DNA of 63,624 bases, filler included, from Craspedostauros australis (Eukaryota): assembly GCA_030167865.1 (NCBI GenBank). It is 13 parts of 13 records of this genome, joined end to end, with 100 filler letters (N's around TTAATTAATTAA, not from the genome) between each part and the next. Parts side by side here need not be neighbours in the genome. Positions count along the whole stretch, not along the records: positions 17,959 to 26,456 come from JALAGF010000083.1; positions 26,557 to 32,002 come from JALAGF010000084.1; positions 32,103 to 33,139 come from JALAGF010000085.1; 10 more parts are not named here. One strand, given 5' to 3'. Shown piece after piece: positions 24,201 through 33,239 of the stretch. Position numbers and translations under genes: made by a program. Under the pieces are notes generated by a model, which saw only the letters and a list, made by a program, of their open reading frames with translations, was not told where the DNA came from and made no database searches. Each line of letters starts with the position of its first letter. Within the stretch, counting starts at the first letter, position 1.

Positions 24201-25463
24201 GCGTACCTCGTTGTCGTACGAGGCCTGTGCCTTGTTGCAAATCGCCATCCACGTGAGGTCCTTGGCGGCCAGCTTTGGCAAGGCGTGCTCGTACGTGAAT
24301 ATGGGGAGACGCATGAGAATCTTCTCAAGGTCATCCTTCATCACATAGAGAGGACGTCGGTACTGTTCACCGGAGAGGCTCTTCCCACCTGCTTGGAGGA
24401 AGGCATCAAGGATGTTGCGGAGGAGACGGAGGTCGAAGCGACCGGCGTCGTCGAGGCGCTTGCAGAGCGAGCGGAGATGGACGGCCATGGATCCCACATT
24501 GTCACCAGCAAATTGGTGGCTTCGGACGGAGCGAATGCGATCCGTGATCATGTCTTGCTCATCCAGCGAGTTGGCCGTGATGCTGTTCATGAACTCGATG
24601 AAGAGCGTGATGAAGTTGTTGTGATACTTCGGCTCGATGCGGTTCATGAGCTGGTCTTCGAGGGCTGGGTCAAGGCTGTCACGGAAGAAGGCTGCGGCCG
24701 TCCAGTTGTTTTGGACGTCGTAGTGGTCCCATCTTGGACTGTACTCATCGAAGTGCCTTGTGGCGTCGTCAAGAGTGAAGGAGGCCGGAGCATCGAGAAC
24801 ACAGGTCATCTTGGATGTGGCCGTGTCATTGGAGATGTAGGCCATGGTGATGAGTCCGGTCTTGGACAAGTGATTTCGCACCAGGCGAACGAATTGCTGA
24901 ATGCTGTTTCCTTTCTTGAACTTGTCGGATAATCCGGTTTCGCGCTTGGATTGGTTTGTGGAGTCCGCCCCGTTGTGAAGGATTCTCTGCTGTTGGGAGT
25001 TCGTCCACATGGTCTGGGATTCGTCTTCGAGGCCCGTCCAGGTTGAGTTCGGTGCTCCTCCTGTCCAGGGGACCCAGTTGCGGCCTTGCAGGCGGAGACC
25101 TCCCATGATGGGGGCCGTTGGCTTGCCGGAGAGGTCGGGGTCTCCGTCTTCGCTTTCACTGCCGGGATCGTCCCTCTTTTTGGTTCCTGGAGTCTCAATG
25201 TCGCCAAAGAGACTCCCGCTTAGGAAGGAGGGGTTGAGGTCATCACGGGTTGTCGTCCCGGTTCCGCCTGGGTTGAGACCGGCGCGGAGAGGGGTGGCAC
25301 TGGCTCCCGACGCTGTTTGCGTGGTTGCCGCTGCCACTCTTGCTGCTTCTACAGCTGTTTCGGCTGCGATTGCGGCCTGTGTGAGGCGCGCATTCTCAGT
25401 GGTGAGCGCTTGGAGCTGCGCTTGCAGCTCTTCCAGCGTGAGGGGGACAGCCTCATCCGCCAT
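18225..25463 (-). CDS. Gag-Pol polyprotein, 2412 aa, uninterrupted
   Basis: Gag Zn knuckle WCAKCRRWRLSHNTESH (~23892-23945); protease VWDSGAS (DSG 23022-23030); WHYRLGH...CAACQFGK; integrase VSVDHF/YLSDN/NGIAER; RT YVDD (19212-19223); RNase H FVDADFAG/EAEY/FEDN/ADIFTK. Confidence 0.98.
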   Translation of the reverse strand: MADEAVPLTLEELQAQLQALTTENARLTQAAIAAETAVEAARVAAATTQTASGASATPLRAGLNPGGTGTTTRDDLNPSFLSGSLFGDIETPGTKKRDDPGSESEDGDPDLSGKPTAPIMGGLRLQGRNWVPWTGGAPNSTWTGLEDESQTMWTNSQQQRILHNGADSTNQSKRETGLSDKFKKGNSIQQFVRLVRNHLSKTGLITMAYISNDTATSKMTCVLDAPASFTLDDATRHFDEYSPRWDHYDVQNNWTAAAFFRDSLDPALEDQLMNRIEPKYHNNFITLFIEFMNSITANSLDEQDMITDRIRSVRSHQFAGDNVGSMAVHLRSLCKRLDDAGRFDLRLLRNILDAFLQAGGKSLSGEQYRRPLYVMKDDLEKILMRLPIFTYEHALPKLAAKDLTWMAICNKAQASYDNEVRGDRWHATRRVRDTGVPRTSYANNATNKHSANVLEQHRGFTKKNGAKVPAKKGREHNGNRNSNRGWSSTPPKAGEPQCKLVNDKTFMWCAKCRRWRLSHNTESHQDNFKPKATGKANPKTDNLEIDMAAWTCFTAAASQDKDTWWSLVWNLFTSFNYLSGTIGVILSFVTLQVIALGVVHGWYIAAANVWMITAITLVLLHTNVPRRPHTLRSNDLTYSKARIKEEAKRHQVRPTRFNEAVTRSLHDVMIERTEMSDQTPKRNKRRWVRRTRTKTRKSKPRRPNRSGPKLSTKPPTYGKRHYSPPRGSPCVTDRHHHRTFGGQPLSHDFWRLYPKFDLTTGERETTACSTSFEHLLTLHGLASFFTNRHAFASPRKAEGYLSPSEPFELVWDSGASISVTNDINDFCDTPNAPPKPTFLNGFLKKIQVKALGTVEWHILDVTGSPRTLRLPAFHVPQSRVKLISTSSLLEEYPGETITFDKTSCKLSGVKGSDNRNAIIAIYKKTTKLPTSTGYGSDNIHDLPSALFSIVSTVSEHNVNISEPQKELLRWHYRLGHLSFGRVKFLLRSGVLTGSEASKKMHTAAAKVTSLPLCAACQFGKLHRRPSPGITQHVVRDRQGALRTDHLFPGQQVSVDHFVGRTPGRLFSGRGKGDPTDMHKGGAIFVDHASGYIHVEPVAALTTHATLEAKEKFELMCRDVGVPVRSYLSDNATTFTSPEYTRHLEAFHQVHRFAGVGAHHHNGIAERSIRTIVSMARTMMMHQSIHWPDIFDAQLWPMAVVHAAYIYNRVPNPATGLTPYDILAHIRLPLKQLHNLHVWGSPVYVLNKALADGRKIPRWEPRGEQYVNMGLSTKHASTVPLVLSLRTGSITPQFHAVFDDWFATISTDPKHLPDYRSDEWTRMFGDTTFQYPFDEDDVEAMEQEDTFASDAVDQERLRRNDAPVPGTTPPAVYQPPPERREAGTTPVPPGEELPVTPPMVDALSDSLTPRMQASEGEAPRVQPTEGAAENPPDIEPAEQPTPRIPRPEHTQVPPITVKQEPASPVYTRTPSPVPVTDEAVPAQRPRSTRARKQPLRFTYQRLGGKAAWLDDEDAEEYYFCPAVASMHEDEHDETALQMHPDSPSLMKFSHAILDCLKTIEPLQRKGTDSLSIDLHQFKVDAHYLLRRLRLRFKTLNPRALNHSLPPLEPKHDNRKTEAYINMADWWVPNPDTMNDEGLVDFDEVYEDLYSDVTAYFDEGLNQLICSESNRTLLTNYAVEKLINKLSEFIRTGATSPDFDALDFLRHAKRGGWHKDDIEASLRAGLLPPKSNTNASTLGKRAQSVWTEIGHHPRARLMYELFRRQITTLRPGPWPLPNERDVDEFALELWPFNAKPLLTEPKTRNSNNETSPRSLLRVDPTTILDTNSIIPSTDWANIEQHAYATSLVEPSSDTTNYPIYVDGHMMSYFVTGGDFDITERSTAYKASTNDPDTLSFDEALKDNNKEEWMQAASKEIKELTEKGTWEEVDRTRVFDPVYPGTWVFRCKRLPDGTIKKYKGRWCCRGDLMKEDASTYAPVVAWSSVRIFLSTAIVMGWPTTSIDFTNAFVQAKIHKPVYLCLPCGFKSSKGANTCLKLNKSLYGLTIAPRLWYDHLIKALLGEGFKACDQEQCLFIKPEIMIVLYVDDAGIASKTQKVADEFIVSMRKRGFELTREGSFTEFLGIELLRDPKSDCIHLRQPGLIQKVLTATRMTNCSPCPVPTTQIPLGKDAGGPLFDEKWNYRSVVGMLLYLTTNTRPDLAFAVSQVARFGHDPRRSHGKAIKRIMRYLKSTESMGTIVNPTGKLDLKCFVDADFAGLYKREDDTSATSVTSRTGYLITLGGCPLVWKSKLQTEIALSTMEAEYAALSLAMRALIPIQQLIRQVIDNAGTSMPLHTQLQCTVFEDNQGCIVLATNHQPTARTKHFLTKWHFFWYWVKAGFICITHIATTEQPADIFTKGLAVVLFEYLRKQIMGW

Positions 25464-25869
25464 GGTGGATGGCGTGGGCTTCAGAGAGGTCTTCGGACTT
25501 CACGGATCGATCTTTCTTGCGTCCTGCTGATTTCGCTTGGTCTCACTTCTTTGGAAGGTGTGCACTGAGGCTCGGCGAAGGCTTTTGAGAAGGCAAGCGC
25601 TTGGTGTTCAAGCGGTTGGATTGCTTGCTTGGCAGAGGCTGCTGTCCGGTGACACTGTCGGTCACTGGCAGTTGGGACTTTTGTCTTGAGTTGCTCGGTT
25701 TTCGAGCGCTGGCGTCTGGTGATGATCCAGGTGCATGCGGATGAAGACCTTGGGGTCTTGCTTGAGTTGGGTTGCTCGGTTTGCGAGCTGCGCCTTTTGG
25801 CTTGGTCTCTGAGAGACCGTGCGAGCGGTTGGCAGAGGAAGTNGNTCAATAGAGTTGGGTGAATGTAAT

Positions 25870-25889
25870 GAAACCACTCGCAGCTACCA
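25870..25889 (-). other. Primer-binding site complementary to 3' end of initiator tRNA-Met (TGGTAGCTGCGAGTGGTTTC)
   Basis: The plus strand reads GAAACCACTCGCAGCTACCA, which fits the GAAACCA...GCTACCA 3' end of eukaryotic tRNA-iMet; it lies ~400 nt upstream of the gag ATG. Confidence 0.85.
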
Positions 25890-26456
25890 GTTAGGATTCG
25901 TGTACTTTCGTAGACGAACCGGAGTAGGCCTTGTGGACTGCCGGCTTCAGATGAGGCCGATTAACGCAGTTCACTGGGCTTGAATGTTGTATGGCTGTTA
26001 AGGCTTGTAACGATGAATAGAGTAGTAGTGTTTGTACTAATCTGAGCTTGTTATTATGAGTTAGTAGCTGTAGGCAGGATGAAGAAACGATAGTCATGTA
26101 TTGGCACGGCTCTGCACTGACCCTCATGGTTCAGTGCTGAGAAGAGGCTGTACTTTCCTCCATGTCCTTCTCCCCTGAATCGCTGGCGATGTCATGCAGT
26201 AGGTCTCGTGGCTTCAGCAGATGTTGAAGGGATGGGAGCTGCGCATCCGGAGCCAGCAGGTTGAACTTGCATCAGGATTCCATTGCTGAGGTTGAAGCAG
26301 CTTAGATTGCCCATGGTGTGGCTGGCATGGCCAGCAAACGTCGTGGCAGCAAAAGGGAATCCAGGTGAAGTCCATCTGACAGGATCTTGGGAGCATATAG
26401 TTCCCACATGCGTTGGTTGGCTTAGACGGACCGTAGCATGGGAATCGGGAACGATT
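25890..26456 (-). repeat. 5' LTR (last ~567 bp; reconstructed full LTR ~700 bp)
   Basis: Runs from the PBS to the contig end and joins 18017..18152 through the 58-bp overlap. Confidence 0.8.
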
Positions 26457-27633
26457 NNNNNNNNNNNNNNNNNNNNNNNNNNNNNNNNNNNNNNNNNNNN
26501 TTAATTAATTAANNNNNNNNNNNNNNNNNNNNNNNNNNNNNNNNNNNNNNNNNNNNTCAGCATGCCTACTGCCACTGCCCAATCCTCGACATTGTTTCGC
26601 AACAACCCGCCTCACCCACGCGAAATGTGAGTGTGTCGATAAAGGACACGACTGGACATTGGTCGAAACACGACTGAGAATTTCGAATCCAAGTCGCCCC
26701 TCTACGTTCGCATGCCTCACGTGTTTAGTCGTAGACTAATGCGAAAAATATAAACTTTTTAACTACAAGGCCCAGAAGCTTGTAACTTAACCCATATACT
26801 ATCTACAACATAATAGGATGATTAAAGTAAAAATATTAAAAATCCGCATTTGTATACTATCGTATCCTGAATGGGGTCGTATACCTTGTATACATTGCAT
26901 ACATTGCTAGTGGTTTGTGGCTGCCCTGAAGTGTTCGGTTGAAACCGTTTGGGAAAATTGATACTTTGTGAGCTACAGTTGTTCGAAGGGAGCATTGGAT
27001 TTGTACGATCGTCCGCATGTGAATGATGTTTAAGTTTGCGAACGCGATGCGCGGACCTTTTACACCCGTCAGTTGGCCGTGTTAACCGCGCGCGGCAACT
27101 GGTTGTTGCGAGCATCTTGTGCTGTGAGTGTTCGACGCGTCTGCTCTTTGTTGTTCCTGGTGAATGAACGAAGTTGTCCTTTGGTTGTGTTGTGCTGGGA
27201 GCAAACCTCCACTTTCGCTTCGCCTGGCATGTCTGGAGCAGTCCCTTCAAAGGTGTTTGTGATGATGAGATCTATCGTCAAGCCTTGTCATAGGCGCTTC
27301 ACAGAGATGATGTTGATGGGGGTCATAGTCATAGTCGTAGTTGGAACGCCGCGCTATGACAACGGCCCGCCAAGACCAAACCATCATTCGCCGCTGTTTC
27401 CAGTTATACCTCTCACGATCCTCCTTCTCCTTTTGACGCCTATTGATATTTTTTGATCAAACGAATAGAATCGCGTGTTTCGATGCCACGCGATACATCC
27501 CTATCGTGCTTCCACTTCCCTCACATTTTGCGCACCATGCCGATCAGCATGTCCAGAACCACGGCCGCCCCCGAGATCGGCTGGATTCGATAGCGACGAT
27601 TGACCGTTGGACTTCGCACGTAAGGTTCCGCGT

Positions 27634-27697
27634 GATGTTTGGATGTTTGGATGTTCGGATGTTCGGATGTCGAGATGTTGAGATGTTTGGATGTTTG
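27634..27697. repeat. Imperfect 8-bp tandem repeat (GATGTTYG) x8
   Basis: Direct reading. Confidence 0.85.
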
Positions 27698-28824
27698 GTT
27701 TCCGACAGAAAGCAAGCAGTTCTGAGGCGTAGGCGTGCGGGAGATTGGAAAGAAAGAACAGATGCCCATCAAAATTTGCAACGCATCTCCAAAGCGGCCA
27801 TTCGGCCCAGAAAGAATAGCCCGTCCTCGGCAGGAAGTTGATCCAGGCGCTTCATTTGTATATGTTTGGTGCCGCGAGCTGGCTCTTACTTCCCACGACA
27901 CGCCAGATGTTCATACGAAGGGTACGTAACAACTCATCACACTTCGACCATGTTCATCAACAACTATTTGCGCGCCTCACATGCCATACTTGTCGACCAG
28001 ATTAGAGACGTGGATCAGAACGATTGTGAAGGCCTCACCATGGTATACTTGGAAAGAGGAAGCATCACTCGGTGAGATCGTAATTCTACGGACTTCAAGG
28101 TCGTAGTAGTTCTGATGCATGCGTCGATCAAATGGCATTGCAAATATTCGATCACAACGCACTTCCTCCTGGTACCATATGTAATACTACATATTATACT
28201 TGAGGAGTCGCGGTAGCTGTCGGTGACGTTGGCTTGTGACGCTCATGTCGCATACTTTCGAGCGTATGCATTGCTCCAATGCTTCTTGTTGAGAGTCTTG
28301 TGGTTCGCATCAATGCCATCCCGCAACCACAAGGCACGATTCATCAATGTCACGCTGTAGCGCCAGCTATTGTCGAAGAAGGAGTGATGGATCCGACTGA
28401 GCAAACAGACTGTGCGTGTTTCTCTTTGGGCGGATGATGACACCTCGGATGATTCTGGAAAGAATGAGTCCCTGCCAAATCGTCAGATGCCGCCAGCCAG
28501 ACGGAAGAAGCCTCGTGTCTTGAGCTCGAGCGTTGAATGGCGTTGTGGATGGCGCGAATTATCCAAGAACCACACAGTGTAATATACCTATTGTTGCATA
28601 TTTGACGCATCTTCCAATACACGACTAGTCTATCAACTCAGCAAAGACCTTGACATCTACTCTCTCCGTCTTTCGGTCTCTCAGCCTCTCTGGCTCACCA
28701 GACAACAAGAGGCCGAAAAACAGGGTAGTTCGTGGAGTCTATTGCATCAACGTTCATATCTTTAGTCCGCTCTGCCTCCTGCGTTGCTTGTTAATCGTAT
28801 TCCGCCGCTGTCGAGGGATTACAA

Positions 28825-30121
28825 TCAGTCAAAGTTCGCCTCAAAGTCTTCCAACTCTGGAAACCCAACTGCTTCGCGGACGTCTGCAAAGCTGGCAATG
28901 TTGCATGTGTCGAGGCTTGCGGGATGACCCTCGTTTTCGCAGCTCGCCATTGTACGGATGGTCGAGCTCAGTTCCATCAAGGCCTTCACAGTCGCTTGGA
29001 GCGCCGTCACGCCATGCAACGCAATGTCATAGCCAAGATCCCGAATCTCCTCACTGGAATATATCGATCTGTCTCCAGCTTCTTGCTGAACCTGAGCGAT
29101 CATCGTCACCGTTGTCTTGTCGGCCAGCGATTGCTGCAGGTCTTTGTACTCTTGTTTGGACTGCAGTGCCTCCGCGTACACAATATCTGTGCACAAAGCG
29201 CACCACATGAATAGAAGAGCAGAGAAGTAAAACAAAGAAAGTTGCCATCAGGAGGGGCGTTGAGCATGTATCATACATCTACATGTGCCTGTGCCTGTGC
29301 TGGTGTATCACCGCACAGTCTGCCACACGTGGATAGAAAATCGTGATACCAAGAAACCGAATGGAGTTGCGTGCAACAATCAATTCTGTTGCAGGGGATT
29401 GGCGTTTTGGCGACAGCCATACAAACCTACCTGCGCCCATCTCTTCAAACGCTTGGCATCGATGGATTGCTTCATCGACCCCCAATGCCCTTCGGCAGTC
29501 TGTCCGCGCAATCAGGAGTATCCTGTTTCCGTCCTTCTCCCACGCCTCCGTCTTCGCATGGAGGGCCACCTTGATACGCTTGATGGCATCCTCGCGAGGT
29601 AGAACATTGACGGATGCCCCAGCTGCGTACGTGCACCGTTTGGGAAAGATCTGATCCTCGATCGACACTGCCGCTGCGCCGATAGATGCCAAGCTTCGAA
29701 TTGTATGTCGCACGTTCGATGCACCGCCGTACCCCGTATCTCCGTCAACCAGGATGGGGATACCCTCGGTGCATTGGATGCAGCTGCGTGCCGCGTCCTG
29801 CATTTCGGTCAGTGTTATGATCCCAGCATCCGGCATGCCCAACCGGCTTGCGGAAACGCCGAATCCGCTGACGAAGAGCGCCTTGGCGTTGCCCTGCTGT
29901 TGCAGGATCTTGGAGGACAGCGCATCGTATACTCCAGGCACCAGCAATACCCGATGTTGGGCTCGTACTTCGTCGATGATGGAAAGCAGTTTAGCTGCAG
30001 AAGATCCGCCGTTGGTGGATGACAACGCAACCACGGTGGTCGGGATCATCACAACAATGGAGAAAATGAGGAAGACGACGACGACGAAGGGGAGGAGGCT
30101 GATTGGATGGAATCGCATCAT
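28825..30121 (-). CDS. Isocitrate lyase/PEP mutase superfamily enzyme (2,3-dimethylmalate lyase / oxaloacetate hydrolase-like), ~350 aa; exons 30121..29431, 29186..28825
   Basis: PGVYDALS, SGFGVSASRLGMPDAG, VDGDTGYGG, SIEDQIFPKRC, IARTD and GADIVYAEAL, restored by a GT..AG intron at 29430..29187. N-terminal hydrophobic signal. Confidence 0.9.
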
Positions 30122-30883
30122 GATCGTCGGAATCAATGAGAAATGATATCCCTCTCCCTCTCTCTGTCTCGCTTTGCCCACACTGGCTATGCTGACTTGA
30201 GAAGTGCGACAGGTGGCATGCGTTGCGTTGTGTATGTTGTTATATGTTCTATTGCATTTGTTGGCAGCCAAGAAGCAGCTCTCGTAGATTTGACCCGAGG
30301 CAGAGGTGGTCTGATTCGTCGTCGTCGTCGTCGTCGCCGCCGCCGTTGTTGATGCTGCTGTGGCTGTCGTATTTGTTCTTGATGTTGTTGTGAAGGTACG
30401 CGCGGCTACAAACGGGCGTTTGATTGGACAAAAAGGTATCTTTCACATCACAATCTGGCTCTCATCAAAGGCACAGAAACTGCCTTTCCCAAAGCACGTC
30501 ATCACAATCGCCACACGGATCCAAACGCAAATCCAACTCCGCCCTGCAAATCCAAACACAAATGGAAATGCAAAATGCAGGATACCCTCCTCGCTGTGCA
30601 GATCACAAATGAGATCCGCCACTTGCATTGACACACGACGAGCACTTCCAACCACCAAGAGCCAACACGCAAATATACCATCAGTGCGGCATGGTACCAT
30701 ACCATAGTGTGAGCATGATTTGACGGCGGAACGCTGTGCGGTGCTGTTCTGCGACTGCCGCAGCACCTGGCACTATACGTACTCGTACCATGCCATCTGG
30801 GTCACCTGACGCTTGAAACGAAATTCCAACCCCAATAATCGCTGCAGCACCCTGGAATAACACCACGATATGTACTACATATG

Positions 30884-32002
30884 TTACAATGTCATGCAGG
30901 CGTCCGCGTTGTCGACCGGGCAGTTCATGTTGTCGGCGACAATGAACGTCTCACCGGTCGTACAAAAGGCACCAGCTGCGCAGTTGGCACAGCCCGAAGG
31001 GCAGACATTGTTGCCGAGCTCAAGATCCACGAAGAAATCGTCCGAGAAGCCAAGGTCGTTGCAAGCATCTACGCTTGTGCATGTGTAGTCGCCAACGACG
31101 ACGCTTCCCGTGGTCTTGGTCGTGTCGCCTGAATGCATGAGGTAACACGCTCTGTCGGCATCGCAGGATTGCTGCCCGATGTAGACCGTGTCGTATGGTG
31201 TGGGTTGACCTGGGAAGCGGTAGGCCAAGTACTCGCAGGAGCTCAAGCCAGTGCAAGATTGCTCCAAGACATCAAAGGACCCCAGCTGATTGGTACCTGC
31301 ATTGAAACAGGAGTTATCCCCTGTGCACGACCCTGGAGATATGATGGTCGTCGTGGTTGCAACGGAGTGAAGGTTCTGGCAGCTGGCCGAACCGATGCAG
31401 CTGCCCTGCATGATGATTGCCTCGCCTCCGAGGTTGTTGCAGGCATTTGCTCCGTTGCAAGAGGTATCCGCAATGACATTGATGCCGGTCCAAACGCAAT
31501 CGGTTGGATTCGCGCAGCACGCAGCACCATCTGCGGCGCACTGGGCAGTCACTTCCGCGCCGGTTCCTGTGTAGAACGTACCGGTGTGCGCACCGGCTGC
31601 TACGAAGTTGCGGAGCAGCCCGGTGTTGATGAATATCTCGTTAAACGTGGTTGCTCCATCCGTCTGGCAAGCGAAGAAGTTTTGCAGACCCACTTGAGCC
31701 GAGGTTGCGGCAACGAGACTGTCACAACCCGCATCTCCGCCGCAGTTGATGCCGCTGAAGAATGCGGTTCTTCCGCAAAGCTCGGTGGGAGCGGATGTCG
31801 GATCTTCGGATGGCGCGGTGCTCGGTATGGTGCTCGGAATCTCAGAGGGACTCACGCTTGGTATGGCGCTAGGTTGAGGACCAGAAATCGTTGGCACCGA
31901 GCTGATGGATGGAACTGCCGAGGGGGACAGGCTCGGCGTTGAACTTGGGCTGGCCGATGGCATGGTGCTAGGGCTTGAGCTTGGGGAGCTGCTGGGGGTA
32001 CC
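30884..32002 (-). CDS. Pro/Ser/Thr-stalked, cysteine-repeat protein (probably extracellular), 5'-truncated
   Basis: Frame open from the contig edge; PSxxPS repeats followed by six SC-x4-[AS]C type repeats. Confidence 0.8.
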   Translation of the reverse strand, partial: GTPSSSPSSSPSTMPSASPSSTPSLSPSAVPSISSVPTISGPQPSAIPSVSPSEIPSTIPSTAPSEDPTSAPTELCGRTAFFSGINCGGDAGCDSLVAATSAQVGLQNFFACQTDGATTFNEIFINTGLLRNFVAAGAHTGTFYTGTGAEVTAQCAADGAACCANPTDCVWTGINVIADTSCNGANACNNLGGEAIIMQGSCIGSASCQNLHSVATTTTIISPGSCTGDNSCFNAGTNQLGSFDVLEQSCTGLSSCEYLAYRFPGQPTPYDTVYIGQQSCDADRACYLMHSGDTTKTTGSVVVGDYTCTSVDACNDLGFSDDFFVDLELGNNVCPSGCANCAAGAFCTTGETFIVADNMNCPVDNADACMTL

Positions 32003-32135
32003 NNNNNNNNNNNNNNNNNNNNNNNNNNNNNNNNNNNNNNNNNNNNTTAATTAATTAANNNNNNNNNNNNNNNNNNNNNNNNNNNNNNNNNNNNNNNNNN
32101 NNGCGATTGCACCATCATCCGTTTCAAGACCCAGC

Positions 32136-32895
32136 ATGTCAGCTTGGGGCAAGGGCGGAACCGCTCGCTCCTGCGATGCGTTGCTGTGCAAGGTGGAGCA
32201 GGATGACCCTCGATTGCAGGAGTTGGTGATTCTGTCGAGCAAGACGTTCAGCGCCGCCGATGTGGAGCGTCTCTGCAAGGTGATTGGTGCGTCAGCGTGC
32301 TGCTCACGTCTGTTGCTCTGTCGACTGTTCTGCTGTGTGAGCTGTTTTGTTGATCTGATGATTTGTTCCATGTGGATTGTCGCCGCGTCCTGCTACAATG
32401 GGATATCGTCTCCATTCTCCACAATCCGCTCCAATCGAGGCCGCTTGTTTTTTTATTTTGCAACATCAGCAACACCTGCAACAGAACCAATCTCATCATC
32501 GCTTCTCTATTGCCCTGATCCATCATCTTTGTTGCCGAACCTTACTCGTGCACATTCCCATTTTGGTGCACGTCGCTTGCGTGTCGGTCATGGCGCTGTC
32601 CTTGGCTACATCCCGCAACCTGCGTCTGTGACGATACGTAGAAAACGGGACAAACGCGCATCTCATCAGCCTCAGCGCATCTGGCCATACCATCTCGCCT
32701 CCAATGCTGCAGCGCCTTGGAACCGCTCTATCCCGGGGGAAGTCGAAGATCACATCACTGGCGATTGGCGACAAGGACATGGGCGATGATGGCGTCTGCG
32801 CGCTGTGTGATGGCCTTGCTGGAAATTGCGGGGAGAGTGCATGTGACGACGGCAAGCATACCTTGGAGAACCTGGATCTGAGTTGGAAAGGATTG
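32136..32895 (+). CDS. RNI-like leucine-rich repeat protein, N-terminal part; exons 32136..32286, 32642..~32895
   Basis: DDPRLQELVI, HLISLSASGH, ITSLAIGDKDMGDDGVCALCDGL and LENLDLSWKG, with an in-phase GT..AG intron at 32287..32641. The 3' part is unresolved (possible GTGAGT donor near 32896). Confidence 0.7.
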
Positions 32896-33239
32896 TGAGT
32901 GCTTCTGCGGTAATGTCATTGGGAAAGGTAGAGCGAGTCTGCGCTGAGTCCGTTCCTGCGTCGTTGCGCCGGCTCTACGTCATAGCAGACGATGTCACAA
33001 TGTGGTTCGGTGTGATAAGCTGCATTGTGCTACCATTGGAAGTGTGACGCCATCTGTTGACTATTTTGACAATTGCCAATGTGCCGCATATACCATTGCT
33101 GACGAAGCATTTCAACTGCGGAACTGTCGATGTGCGATTNNNNNNNNNNNNNNNNNNNNNNNNNNNNNNNNNNNNNNNNNNNNTTAATTAATTAANNNNN
33201 NNNNNNNNNNNNNNNNNNNNNNNNNNNNNNNNNNNNNNN

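Larger units (their letters stand above)
17959..26456 (-). mobile_element. Apparently intact Ty1/copia LTR retrotransposon (CoDi-like), LTRs collapsed by assembly
   Basis: Single gag-pol ORF with domain order PR-IN-RT-RH, plus PBS and PPT. Contig ends overlap by 58 bp (17959..18016 = 26399..26456) inside the LTR. Confidence 0.97.

Noticed and set aside
7907..26456. NRT2 lying beside copia elements as a nitrate-responsive TE/gene association
   Set aside because: They are on different contigs joined by artificial linkers, so there is no evidence of physical linkage.
26557..28800. Several 60-140-aa ORFs that might form a degraded gene
   Set aside because: No consistent strand, splice pattern or recognisable motif; left unannotated.
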